64,000 nt of DNA from assembly GCA_030390025.1 (NCBI GenBank), contig CM059432.1, positions 62,001 to 126,000 on the forward strand, written 5' to 3'. The notes beneath the pieces are model-generated. The model searched no databases and had not been told where the DNA came from. It saw only the letters and a list, made by a program, of their open reading frames with translations. Origin of the DNA: Squalus acanthias (taxonomy: Eukaryota). This document shows positions 1 through 12,086 of this stretch, piece by piece; the stretch's first letter is position 1; every line of letters starts with the position of its first letter. Position numbers and translations under genes: made by a program.

Positions 1-37
1 TAGTGCCCCAAAATGGCCGATACCCAATTACTCCCCC

Positions 38-700
38 CGAGAGTCCATAAATTTCTCGATCTCAGCCTTGAATAAACTCAACGATTCAACATCCACAGCC
101 CTCTGGGGCAGAGAATTCCAGAGATTCACCACCCTCTGAGTGAAGAAATTTCTCCTCATCTCGATCTTAAATGGCCGACCCCTTATCCTGAGACTATGCC
201 CCCTAGTTCTAGACTCTCCAGCCAGGGGTAAACATCCTCTCAGCATCTACCCTGTCAATCCCCTTCAGAATCTTGTATGTTTCAATGAGAAAACCTCTCA
301 TTCTTCTAAACTCCAGAGAGTATAGGCCCATACTACACAATCTCTCAGCATAGGACAGCCCTCTCATCCCAGGAATCAATCTAGTGAACCTTCGTTGCAC
401 CGCCTCCAAGGCTAGTATATCCTTCCTTAGATAAGGAGACCAGAACTGTGCACAGTACACCAGGTGTGGTCTCACCAAGGCCCTGTACAATTATAGTAAG
501 ACTTCCTTATTCTAATTCTCCAACCCCCTTGCAATAAAGACCAACATGCCATTTGCTTGCTGTACCTGCATGCTAGCTTTCTGTGTTTCCTGTACGAGGA
601 CACCCAGATCTCTCTGAGCACCAACATTGAACAGTTTCTCACCATTTAAAAAAGATTCTGCTTTTCTATTCGTCCTAACAAAGTGAATAACCTCACATTG
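38..700 (-). mobile_element. CR1 LINE 3' fragment (degenerate)
   Basis: ORFs 28..246 and 209..490 carry CR1 ORF2 C-terminal motifs (LVRPHL.YC.QFWSP, RNFFTQRVVNLWNSLP). Confidence 0.85.
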
Positions 701-819
701 ATTATTAACCCTTAACTCTCCAGGATGTCCAACAGGGATTCTCTACGCCAGTCTCCCCGCCTCCCCCACCCCCCACTTTCGCAGCAGGTGGGCCACAGAA
801 GCTTGCCATCCATTTCCCC

Positions 820-1023
820 CTCACTTCCGCCTCACTTTCAAAAAGTCTTAATCGCGCCCGTATAAAGCTGGCCTCTGGGTTGCTAGACACTGCTCCGAAG
901 GTGGAAGAAATCTAAGGGGAAAATCTCTCAGACGCCTCCTTTCTCGGGTGACAGGCTCAAGTCTCATAACTCAGAACCCTGACACCGGGGATTAGCATCG
1001 AGATTCTTCTCTACGGAGTAAGA
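820..1023 (+). promoter_or_regulatory. Candidate promoter and non-coding first exon of actin-like copy 1
   Basis: TATAAAG at 861, CACTTCCG near 822, donor-like GGA|GTAAGA at 1017/1018, in non-repeat sequence upstream of the acceptor at 3482. Confidence 0.3.
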
Positions 1024-1052
1024 TATCGGACAGGAGGTGAATCCTGAAGTAC

Positions 1053-1912
1053 GGTAGCCTAGTGGTGATGTTACTGGACTAATAATCCAGAGGACATGAG
1101 TTCAAACCCCACCGTGGTTCTTAAACATAAGAACATAAGAAATAGGAGCAGGAGTCGGCCATTCGGTCCCTCGAGCCTGCTCCGTCATTCAATAAGATCA
1201 TGGCTGATCATTGACCTCATCTCCACTTTCCTGCACTATCCCCATATCCCTTGATTCCCTTAATATTCAAAAATCTATCGATCTCTGTCTTGAATATACT
1301 CAACGACTGAGCCTCCACAGCCCTCTGGGGTAGAGAATTCCAAAGATTCACCACCCTCTGAGTGAAGAAATGTCTCCTCATCTCAGTCCTAAATGGCCGA
1401 CCCTTTATTCTGAGACTGTGACCCCTGGTTCTAGACTCCCCGGCCAAGGGAAACATCCTCCCTGCATCTATCCTGTAAGAATTTTGTATGTTTCAATGAG
1501 ATCACCTCTCATTCTTCTAAACTCTAGAGAATATAGGCCTAGTCTGCTCAATCTGTCCTCATAGGACAATCTCCCCATCCCAGGAACCAGTCTGGTGAAC
1601 CTTCTTTGCACGCCCTCTATGGCCAGTATATCCTTCCTTAGGTAAACATGACCAAGAAGCTGTCAGATTGTCGTAAAAGCCCAACTGGTTCACTCATGTC
1701 CCTTTAGGGAAGGAAACCTGCCGTCCTTACCCGGTCTGGGCCTATAGGTGACTCCAGTCCCACACTAACCTGCTTGACCCTGAACTGCCCCATGAAGTAG
1801 CCCAGCGAGACACTCAGTTGTATCAGACCTGCTATTGGGGAACTGGTGATGGGCAAAAGACGTCGGCCTTGCCAGCGACGCCCACATCCCGAGAATGAAT
1901 AAATAAATAAAA
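1053..1912 (+). mobile_element. tRNA-head SINE split by a CR1 fragment
   Basis: A-box-like TAGCCTAGTGG (~1056) and B-box-like GTTCAAACCC (~1100). The 3' tail ggccttgccagcgacgcccacatccc...(aata)n matches the LINE 3' end near 47510-47570. Confidence 0.6.
1124..1644 (-). mobile_element. CR1 LINE 3' fragment with (aacataag)n tail
   Basis: ORF 1217..1456 is a CR1 C-terminus, followed by the 3' UTR stem-loop and octamer tail. Confidence 0.85.
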
Positions 1913-1964
1913 AGTGCTTGAGAGCGAGTTGAGAGGAATTGTGAATGACAAAAGGAAAATGTTA

Positions 1965-2064
1965 AATCACAACAGAAAATGCTGGGAACACTCAGCAGGT
2001 CAGGCAGCATCGAGGAGAGAGAAACAGAGTCAACGTTTCCAGTCGGGGAACCTTCATCAGAAGG
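1965..2064 (-). mobile_element. Penelope-like terminal fragment with degenerate hammerhead core (paralog ~33190-33290)
   Basis: Minus strand reads CTGATGA...GAAACGTT and is homologous to 44060-44155. Confidence 0.55.
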
Positions 2065-2220
2065 AAAATGTTAGTTTGGCTAAAGGAAGACAAAGCATCA
2101 GGAGCTGATGGGATTAATCCTGGGATCCTGAGGGAGATTGAGGAGATAATTGGAGATTATATTACTGGGTCGACTGAGTGTGGATGTGTGCCCGAGGACT
2201 GGAGAGTGATCAATGTATTA

Positions 2221-2590
2221 CATAGAATGTACAGCACAGAAAGAGGCCATTCGGCCCAACTGGTCCGTGCCGGTGTTTCTGCTCCACACGAGACTCCTCC
2301 CACCCCTCTTCATCTCACCCCATCACCATATCCTCTATTCCTTTCTCCCTCATGTGTTTATCCAGCTTCCCCTTAAATGCATCTTTACTATTCGCCTCAA
2401 CCACTCCCTGTGGTAGCGAGTTCCACATTCTCACCACTCTCTGGGTAAAGAAGTTTCTCCTGAATTCCCTATTGGATTTATTAGTGACTATCTTATATTG
2501 ATGGCCGCTAGTTCTGGTCTCTCCCAACAAGTTGAAACATCTTCTCTACATCTTCCCCATCAAACCCTTTCATTACGTTAAAGACCTCGA
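2221..2590 (-). mobile_element. CR1 3' fragment (paralog 38561-38935)
   Basis: ORF 2315..2530 contains RNFFTQRVVRMWNSLP. Confidence 0.8.
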
Positions 2591-2740
2591 TCAGGAGTGA
2601 AGGTGAAGAGAGTCAGTGAACTGAGGAGTGAGAATCAGGCAGCTAAATGTTTAAATCTCATTGGTTGGCTGCCTCATGATCTCATATTTGGGTTGGAACC
2701 TCATGCTCTGGAAAGGCGGAGGGACGAGGAGGCGAAACAT

Positions 2741-3302
2741 AACATAAGAACATAAGAAGTAGGAGCAGGAGTCGGCCATACGACCCCTCGGGCCTGCTCC
2801 GCCATTCAATAGGATCATGGCTGATCCGAACCTAGACTCACGTCCACTTCCCTGCCCGCTCCCCATAACCCTTAATTCCCTTATCAGCTAGGAAACTGTC
2901 TCTCTCCGTTTTAAATTTATTTAATGTCGCAGCTTCCACAGCTCTCTCAGGTAGAAAATTACACAGATTTACTACCCTCTGAGTGAAGAAGTTTCTCCTC
3001 ATCTCAGTTTTGAAATGGCAGCCCCTTATTCTAAGATTATGCCCCCTAGTTCTAGTCTCCCCCATCAGTGGAAACATCCTCCCCGCATCCACCCGATCAA
3101 GCCCCCTCACAATCTTATATGTTTCGATAAGATCGCCTCTCATTCTTCTGTATTCCAATGAGTAGAGGCCCAACCTACTCAACCTTTCCTCATAAGTCAA
3201 CCCCCTCATCTCCGGAATCAACCGAGTGAAGCTTCTCTGAACTGCCTCTAGAGCAAGTATATATTTTCTTAAATATTGAAACCAAAACTGTACGCAGTAT
3301 TC
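2741..3302 (-). mobile_element. 5'-truncated CR1, unit-1-specific
   Basis: ORF 2838..3305 is a CR1 C-terminus. It is absent at the paralogous site (~39217) and flanked by CATA. Confidence 0.88.
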
Positions 3303-3492
3303 CATATTGTGTGTGGAGTCTGGGATCAGGAGTTGGAGCAGAATTCTCTTTAAGAAGGTTGAGTGAAGCCTGGCTTTAATTTGGTGACTGGTTGGTCTAA
3401 ACTGTGCTGTGTGGTTTGGGTCTGTGTTCTTGTGTCTTTACTAACGGAGGATCCTCCCTCTCTGTTTCACTCATTCCTGCAGGTTTTAAACC

Positions 3493-3615
3493 ATGGCGGC
3501 TGTGAGGGCAACCCTGGTTATGGACAATGGATCTGGAATAACTAAGGCCGGGTATGCAGGGGACGATGGTCCCTGTGTTTCTTTTCCCTCCGTCGTGGGG
3601 CGTCCTCAAGAACAG
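3493..3615 (+). CDS. Divergent actin-like protein copy 1, coding exon 1 (41 codons)
   Basis: [25 protein letters not shown]...GRPQEQ has the actin phosphate-1 motif. Kozak-like ACCATGG, upstream acceptor ttcctgcag (3482), donor CAG|GTGAGT at the conserved actin codon 41/42 position. Confidence 0.92.
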
Positions 3616-3991
3616 GTGAGTCCTACAACGAGACATTGGAAGGAGATTCAATCCTTTGCTTTGGGTGTAAGGTGGGGGCTGGGTCTGCCTTTCCATATTT
3701 CAAACAGCCAGCTGAATGTTAATGTATCGTCCCGGGGCTGAGATCAACCTTAACCCTCGCTGGCTCTTGCTCTTGCAGTGAGCAATGTCCACAGTGTGTG
3801 CGTGTCCCTTTCCCCTGTTGTGGTGGTTTTTAGATATCAGTGCGGGGCTGTTCCAGTTTGGGTTTTTACTCGAACCCTACTCCTTGGCCCCAGTTTCTCG
3901 AAAAACAGGCTGCATCTCTGATGAAGTGAATGCTAGGGCTTGCTCCAATTGGATTGCGGCCAGAACAAATAAACCAAACGGCAAACATGTT

Positions 3992-6634
3992 AGAAACATA
4001 GAAACAGAAAAATAGGAGCAGGAGTCGGCCATTCGGACCGTCGAGCCTGCTCCGCCATTCAATATGATCATGGCTGATCCTCTATCTCAATACCATATTC
4101 TCGCTCTCTCTCCATACCCCTTGATGCCTTTTGTGTCTAGAAATCTATCTATCTCTTTCTTAAATATATTCAGTGACTTGGCCTCCACAGCCTTCTGTGG
4201 TAGAGAATTCCACAGGTTCACCACCCTCTGAGTGAAGAAATTTCTCCTCATCTCAGTCCTAAATGTCCTACCCCATATCCTGAGACTGTGACCCCTCGTT
4301 CTAGACCCCCCAGCCAGGGGAAACATCCTCCCTGCATCCAGTCTGTCTAGCCCTGTCAGAATTTTATACGTTTCAATGAGATCCCCTCTCATTCTTCTAA
4401 ACTCTAGTGAATACAGGCCTAGTCGACCCAATCTCTCCTCATACGACAGTCCTGCCATCCCAGGAATCAGTCTGGTGAACCTTCGCTGCACTCCCTCTAT
4501 GGCAAGTATATCCTTTCTTAGGTAAGGAGACCAAAACTACACACAGTACTCCATGTGTGGTCTCACCAAGGCCCTGTACAACTGTAGTAAGACATCCTTG
4601 CTCCTGTACTCAAATCCTCTTGCAATGAAGGCCAACATGCCATTTGCCTTCCTAACTCCTTGCTGCACCTGCATGTTTGCTTTCAGTGACTGGTGTACAA
4701 GGACACCCAGGTCCCTTTGTACATCAGCATTTCCCAATCTATCACCATTTAAATAATACTCTGCCTTTCTGTTTTTCCTACCGAAGTGTATAACTTCACA
4801 TTTATCCACGTTATACTGCATCTGCCATGTATTTGCCCACTCACTCAACTTGTCTAAATCGTCTTGAAGCCTCTTTGCATCCTTCTCACAACTCACAATC
4901 CCACCTAGTTGCGTGTCGTCAGCAAACTTGGAAATATTACATCTGGTTCCCTCATCCAAATCATTGATATATATTGTGAATAGCTGGGGCTCAAGCACTG
5001 ATCCCTGCAGTACCCCACCAGTCACCGCCTGCCACCCCAAAAAAGACCCATTTATTCCTGCTCTCTGTTTCCTGTCTGTTAACCAATTTTCAATCCATGC
5101 CAGTATATTACCCCCAATACCATGTGCTTTAATTTTGCACACTAACCTCTTATGTGGGAATTTATCAAAGGCCTTCTGAAAATCCAAATACACCACATCC
5201 GTTGGTTCTCCGTTATCTAGTCTACCAGTTACATCCTCAAAAAAATCCAGTAGTTTTGTCAAACACGATTTCCCTTTCATAAATCCATGTTGACTTTGTC
5301 TAATCCCGTTGATATTTTCTAAGTGTCCTGTTATCACATCCTTCATAATAGACTCTAGCATTTTCCCTACTACTGATGTTAGGCTAACCGGTCTGTAGTT
5401 CCCTGTTTTCTCTCTCCCTCCTTTTTTAAATAGTGGGGTTACATTTGCCACCCTCCAATCTGCAGGAACTGTTCCATAGTCTATAGAATTTTGGAAGATG
5501 ACAACCAATACATCCACTATTTCCATGGCTACCTCTTTTAGTACTCTGGGATGCAGATTATCAGACCCTGGGGATTTATCAGCTTTCAGTCCCATTAATT
5601 TCTCCAGCACTATTTTTTTACTAATACTAATTTCCTTCACTTCCTCCTTCTCACTCGACCCTTGGTTCCCTCACATTTCTGGGAAGTTATTTGTGTCCTC
5701 TTCCCTGAAGACAGAACCAAAGTATTTGTTTAATTGCTCTGCCATTTCCTTGTATCCCATTATAAATTCTCCCGTTTCTGACTGTAAGGGACCTACATTT
5801 GTCTTCACTAATCTTTTTCTTTTTACATACTTGTAGAAGCTTTTAAAGTCCACTTTTATGTTCCTTGCAAGTTGACTCTCATACTCTATTTTTCCCCTCT
5901 TAATCAATCTCTTGGTCCTTTTTTGCTGAACTCTAAACTGCTCCCAATCCTCAGGCTTGCTACTTTTTCTGGCAACTTTATATGACTCCTCTTTGGATCT
6001 AATACTATCCTTAATTTCTTTTGTTAGCCATGGTTGGGCCACTTTTCCTTTTGTGTTTTTGCACCAGAAAGGAATGTATAACTTGCAATTCATGCATTCG
6101 TTCCTTAAATGTTAGCCATTGCCTATCCACCGTCATGCCTTTTAATGAAGCTCCCCAATCTATCATAGCCAACTCACTCCTCATACCTTCGTAGTTTCCT
6201 TTGTTTAGATTTAGGACCCTAGTTTCGGATTGAACTACTTCACTTTCCATTTTAATGAAGAATTCTATCATGTTATCATCACTCTTCCCTAAAGGACCCC
6301 GCACAACAAGATTATTAATTAACCCCTTCTCATTGCACAATACCCAAACTAGGATAGCCTGTTCCCTAGTTGGCTCCTCAACGTACTGGTCTAAAAAACA
6401 ATCTCGTACACACCCCAGGGATTCATCCTCCACAGTATTATTGCTAATTTGGTTTGGCCAGTCTATATGTAGATTAAAGTCTCCCATGATTACTGTAGTA
6501 CCCTTGTTACATGCATCTCTAATCTCCTGTTTGATGCCATCCCCAACATTACCACTACTGTTTGGAGGCCTATAGACAACTCCCACCAATGTTTTCTGCC
6601 CCTTGGTGCTTCTTAGCTCCACCCAGACTGATTC
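3992..6634 (-). mobile_element. 5'-truncated CR1 in the actin copy-1 intron (frameshifted ORF2), TSD TGTT
   Basis: Endonuclease and RT ORF pieces at 6011..6622, 5671..6093, 4537..5640 and 4087..4491. Empty site aacaTGTTggtc near 40645. Confidence 0.92.
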
Positions 6635-7019
6635 TGTTGGTCATGCGTTAGAGGACTGGTGTGCGTGGAAGGTTGGCAGTGAGAGCTCGACTATCTGTTA
6701 CGCACCCCACCTGTTTTCCTGCCCCTGTCTTCAGTGGCGAGGACAATCCGGTGGGTGAGGACAATCCGGCGGGCGATCTGCTCTCACCAGCTTCCATCCT
6801 TGCCAAAGTTGAAAATGACTCCCAAATTGCATTGGCTCTTTTCTACCCTCTCCGTTCCAATCAACTCTACGTTGCTTTGTAAGTTTTGCTATTTAACTAT
6901 AAGATGATATTAAAGTATTGCTCCTCGATCTCCTGTTGCACTGCACACGGGCTGGCAAGACCAAGCGTCATCTTCAGATTAAGTGGGCAATGTGGACATA
7001 GATTCCAATGTCTACATTG

Positions 7020-7830
7020 AAACCTCATCCTCGTTTTCAAATCTCTCCAGGGCCTCGCTCCTCCCTATCTCTGTACCCTCCTCCAGCCCCACAACCCTCC
7101 GAGATCTCTGCACTCCTCCAATTCTGGCCTCTTGAGCATCCCCCGATTTTAATCGCTCCACCATTGGCGGCCGTGTCTTCAGCTGACAAGGCCCTAAGCT
7201 CTGGAATTCCCTCCCTAAACCTCTCCGCCTCTCTTCTCCTTACTTGTGTCTTGTAGATGGTGGAAAGGTTTTGGGGAGTCAGGAGGTATCATCTCAGGCC
7301 TAAATAGCCAATCCCTTTATCCTGAGACTCTGCCCCCTAGTTCTAGACTCTCCAGCCAGGGGAAACAGCCTCCCAGCATCTACCCTTGGACGATTCAATG
7401 AGATCAGCTTTCAATCTTCTAAACTCCAGAGAATATAGGCCCATTCTATTCAATCACAGGACAGCCCTCTCATCCCATGAATCAATCTAGTGGACCTTCG
7501 TTGCACCTCCTCTTAGGCAAGTAAATCCTTCCTTGGGCAAGGAGACCAAGACTGTACACAGTACTCCAGGTGTGGTCTCACCAAAGCCCCATATAATTGC
7601 AGCAAGACTTCCTTACCCCCTTTCAATAAAAGCTAACATATCATTTGCCTTCCTAAATGCCTGCTGTATCTGCATGTTACCAACATTTACTCGTCTCTCA
7701 CCTTTTTATTCTATCTTTCTATTCTTCCTACCAAAGTGGATCATTTCCGATTCCCCCACATTATACTCCATCTGCCACCTTCTTGCCCAATCACTTAACT
7801 GCTCCATCCCCATATCCCTTGATTCCCTTA
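7020..7830. mobile_element. Old LINE fragments (L2-like piece ~7020-7235; degenerate minus-strand CR1 ~7290-7830)
   Basis: Degenerate similarity to other CR1 3' regions in the window. The L2 assignment is from recall. Confidence 0.5.
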
Positions 7831-8009
7831 ATGCCCAGAAACCACTAACCCTCGCTTTACAATGTACAGTGCTACTGAATCCTGACCCAAATCATTTCAG
7901 CCACAATGATACAAAAAATCGACTTGAATACAAATCTGGAGCATGTTTGTGTAAAACACTCCTGCCTGGTTTATTGTGAATTCATCCTTTGTTTTATTCC
8001 CCATTCTAG

Positions 8010-9005
8010 AGTGTGATGGTGGCAATGGGTCAGAAGGACAGTTATGTTGGTGATGAAGCCCAGAGCAAGCGAGGGATTCTGACCCTGAAGTACCCCATTG
8101 AGCACGGGATTGTGACCAACTGGGATGACATGGAGAAGATCTGGCACCACACCTTCTACAATGAGCTGCGAGTGGCCCCAGAGGAATATCCTGTTCTCCT
8201 CACAGAGGCACCTCTCAACCCCAAAGCCAACCGGGAAAAGATGGCCCAGATCATGTTTGAGACCTTCAACACATCGGCCATGTATGTTGCCATTCAAGCT
8301 GTGCTGTCCTTGTACGCCTCTGACCACACAACTGGCATTGTGCTAGATTCTGGTGATGGTGTGACCCACACTGTGCCAATCTATGATGGGTATGTCTTGC
8401 GTCATGGCATCCTGCAACTAGACCTGGCTGGCCGGCATCTCACTGACTACTTGAAGAAGATCCTGACTGAACGTGGGTATTCCTCAGCTGAGAGGGAGAT
8501 CGTGAGTGACATCAAGGAGAAACTTGCCTACGTGGCCCTAGATTTTGAATCTGAGTTGCAGACGGCTAGCTCTTCCTCATCCTTGGAGAAAAGTTACGAG
8601 CTCCCTGATGGCCAAGTAATCACCATCGGCAATGAGCGATTCATGTGCCCAGAAGCCCTCTTCCAACCCTCCTTCATTGGGCTAGATTCTGCTGGGATCC
8701 ACGAGACCTGTTACAACAGCATCATGAAATGTGACCTAGAGCTCAGGAAGGATCTGTATGCCAACACCGTCTTGTCTGGTGGTTCCACCATGTTCCCTGG
8801 TATGGCTGATCGGATGCAGAAGGAAGTCACAGCCTTGGCTCCGAGCACAATGAAGATTAAGATCATTGCTCCGCCCGAGAGGAAGTATTCAGTGTGGATC
8901 GGAGGATCCATCTTGGCTTGTCGCTCCAACTTCCAGCAAATGTGGATCAGCAAGCAGGAGTACGATGAGTCTGGGCCCTCTGTAATCCATCGCAAGAGGT
9001 TCTAA
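8010..9005 (+). CDS. Divergent actin-like protein copy 1, coding exon 2 (full protein 372 aa)
   Basis: Acceptor ccattctag|AGT in phase 0. Continuous [25 protein letters not shown]...[20 protein letters not shown], about 84% identical to beta-actin by manual count. Confidence 0.95.
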   Translation, partial: SVMVAMGQKDSYVGDEAQSKRGILTLKYPIEHGIVTNWDDMEKIWHHTFYNELRVAPEEYPVLLTEAPLNPKANREKMAQIMFETFNTSAMYVAIQAVLSLYASDHTTGIVLDSGDGVTHTVPIYDGYVLRHGILQLDLAGRHLTDYLKKILTERGYSSAEREIVSDIKEKLAYVALDFESELQTASSSSSLEKSYELPDGQVITIGNERFMCPEALFQPSFIGLDSAGIHETCYNSIMKCDLELRKDLYANTVLSGGSTMFPGMADRMQKEVTALAPSTMKIKIIAPPERKYSVWIGGSILACRSNFQQMWISKQEYDESGPSVIHRKRF

Positions 9006-10199
9006 CATGCAGTAGGGATCAGAACTGATCCAGGCTTAGCCCGTTTAGAATATTACCATCAGTCTTAACTCTTACACCAATGATTCAAAATGTCTCTGCA
9101 TGTAGGCTCCTGGGACAGGAAGTGTTGGCTCTCTAATTCTATACCTTGATCCCAGGAGGTTTTTTAATCACAGAGTGGTGGGGGGAGATGGTGGAAAGCT
9201 TGCAGTCCTGGGTGTTGGGTATTTACAGGATAGTCATTTATCCAGACTTCCAAAACAAACTCGAGGAACAGGAAATACGGAGATATCTGATTAATATTGT
9301 TATTCATCAAGTCAATGATATACATCCCATTGCATGTAGTGCCCATGAGACTGGTACTGAACGTAACTCATGTGCAACGGACTCATCAGGAATGCAATAA
9401 GCACGACCTCTTGACACGTGCTAGATTTATCAAGACTAGGTCGAAGTATCTAAGGAGCGTGTTGTATCTTTTATAGAGTTAATCACATTGTCCTAGCGCG
9501 ATGCTATTACACGCTCTGCATATGTCTAGTTAATACTGGAGTACGTTAGCCTCCAACATCAGTGCATTGAGCCAGGTCCAGTATGTAATACCCTTCAGTG
9601 CGTCTGCGCAATATTCTCGATCTCTTGTTTGTTGCTCACTTTGCTTGGGAACGCATGGCGTGTCCTTCACTCCCTTTGGGACATCTCCATTCAGTCTTTG
9701 TATTTCATACTGTCTCCTGACCGTTGGACCTTATTCCTCGTACATTCCTTGTCTATTCCCCACAAACTGTTAGTGAGTAATGTCCGTTACCAGGCTCTGA
9801 AATCGTCCTGTCTGTGACCTCCGAAAACTACTTGGCCCAACCAGTCCGTGCCGGCGTTTATGCTCCACTCGAGCCTCCTCCCATCTTTCCTCATCTAACT
9901 ATCAGCGTAACCCTCGATTCCCTTCTCCCTCATATGCTTGTCCAGCCTCCCCTTAAATGCATCCATACTATTCGCTTCAACCACTCCCTGTGGGAGTGAG
10001 TTCCACATTCTCACCACTCTCTGGGTAAAGAAGTTTCTCCTGAATTCCCCAATGGATTTCTTGGTCAACGTTACAGGTTGCTTTGTGCAAAGCCCAATAC
10101 TGATCTAGGGTCAGACACGGTCACTCGTTCAGAAAGGCATCCCTCTCCTGACCAGTCAGTTCCTTGAACAAGGTGCTACATCAGTTGAATGCTTCTGAT

Positions 10200-10305
10200 G
10201 TTCATTGGCTGTCGTTCATTGGCTGTCGTTTATTGGCTGCCATTCATTGGCTGTCGTTCATTGTTTGCCGCTGATTGGTTGCTGCTAATTGGTTGCTGCT
10301 GATTG
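10200..10305. repeat. 14-bp tandem repeat rich in ATTGG (inverted CCAAT); shorter paralog ~50978-51055
   Basis: gttcattggctgtc / gctgattggttgct, about 7 units. Confidence 0.7.
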
Positions 10306-10900
10306 TTAAAGTTGCTGGAATTGCTTTGTGGAGCAGGAGGATTGGTTCAGTGCGAGCTACTCTTCTGATTGGCCAATTGACACTGAGTTGCCCCAGATGT
10401 CAGCAATCAATCTAAAATGAATCGAACAAATGTGCCCCCTTTTTGAAAGAGACACAAAATTATAAACACCCAAATTATCAATAAAACTAAGGAAACTCAG
10501 CAAATTAAACAAGGATATTGCGGGGGGGGGGGGTGGAATTTTAACCCCCCAAAATTTGGGCTGGGTTGGGATTGGGTGGGAGGTTAAAGTGTTAAAAACT
10601 GAATCTCGACCCCAACCCGCCTCCAATCCGCCCACTTCCGGTTTTAACAATTCGGGGCGGACAACCAACCCGCTCCCAGGAGACGGGTCGCCAATTTAAA
10701 TATTATAATGAGGCTGGCGTGCCTCAGATTTAACCACCATTTCAAATTTAACTCTGGCTGGTGGGATTTCTCAGGCCTCGGTGAATCCGCCGGCTAAAGT
10801 AAGGCGAGGACTGCTGGATCCAGGAGTTAAATGTCTCTACACTTACCTCCTGGATACAGCGTCGCTGCCTCACCCACACACCACAATCGGACACCCCCAC

Positions 10901-11115
10901 AAGGCCTGATCACCCCCCACGAGGCCTGATCACCCCCCACGAGGCCTGATCACCCCCCACGAGGCCTGATCACCCCCCACGAGGCCTGATCACCCCCCAC
11001 TAGGCCTGATCACCCCCCACAAGGCCTGATCACCCCCCACGAGGCCTGATCACCCCCCACGAGGCCTGATCACCCCCCACGAGGCCTCCGATTCCCCCCA
11101 CGAGGCCTCCGATTG
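10901..11115. repeat. 20-bp minisatellite (gaggcctgatcaccccccac) x9 plus variants
   Basis: Direct reading. It lies downstream of a MITE-like end ggggtggaattttaacccc (~10530). Confidence 0.95.
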
Positions 11116-11344
11116 CCTTTCCAGACATCAGCAAATAGGGCCGGCCCTGTGGGGAACCCGTTCTCCTGGGTTTCCCCACCACTACCTCGACCCCCTCCTC
11201 CCCCGCCCCAGTCTCTCGGTGCCCACCAGTGGCTGAAGGCCTCTAGTGTGTTCCGTGCGATCTAACTTGTACCAAACTTCCACAGCTTCCCCCTTCAATC
11301 TTTACATTGGTACCCGTCTGACCAGTGAGATTTACTCTACCTGT

Positions 11345-11357
11345 CGCGCTCTCTCTC

Positions 11358-11403
<46 letters not shown>

Positions 11404-12086
11404 TCTCGCTCTCTATCTTTCTCACACACTCTCTCTCTCTCTCTCGCTCTCGCTCTCGCTCTCTCTCGCTCTCTCTCTCGCTCGCTCTCTCTCGCGCTCT
11501 CTCACTCTCGCACTCTCTCTCACACTCTCTCTCTCTCGCTCTCTCGCGCTCTCTCTCTCGCTCTCTCTCGCTCTCTCGCTCTCTCGCTCTCACTCTCACG
11601 CTCTCGCGGTCTCTCTCTCTCTCTCTCACTCTCTCTTGCGCTCTCTCTCGCGCTCTCTCTCTCACACACTCTCTCTCTCTCTCGCTCGCTCTCTCTCGCT
11701 CTCTCTCTCGCGCTCTCTCTCTCTCTTTCACACTCTCTCTCTTTCTCTCTCTCTCGCTCTCTCGCTCTCTTACTCTCTCGATCTCTCACTCTCTCTCTCT
11801 CACTCTCTCACGCTCTCACTCTCTCTCTGTCTCTCTGTCTCTCTGTCTCTCTCTCTCTCTCACTCTCGCTCTCTCGCTCTCGCTCTCTCGCTCTCTCGCT
11901 CTCAATAGCTCTCTCTCGCTCTCTCGCTCTCGCTCTCTCACTCTCTCTCTGTCTCTCTCTCTCTCTCTCACTCTCTCTCGCGCTCTCTGTCTCACACTCT
12001 CTCTCTCTCTGTCTCTCTCTCTCTCACTCTCACTCTCTCTCTCTCTCTCTCTCCCTCTCACACTCTCTCTCTCTCTCTCTCGCTCT
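11345..12086. repeat. Compound (CT)n/CTCG/CTCA microsatellite
   Basis: Direct reading; paralog 52128-52871. Confidence 0.97.

Noticed and set aside
1053..1117. tRNA gene
   Set aside because: Only A/B boxes of a SINE head; no complete cloverleaf.
3616..3741. ORF-track extension of actin exon 1 (82 aa)
   Set aside because: Read-through into the intron past a canonical donor; actin homology stops at Q41.
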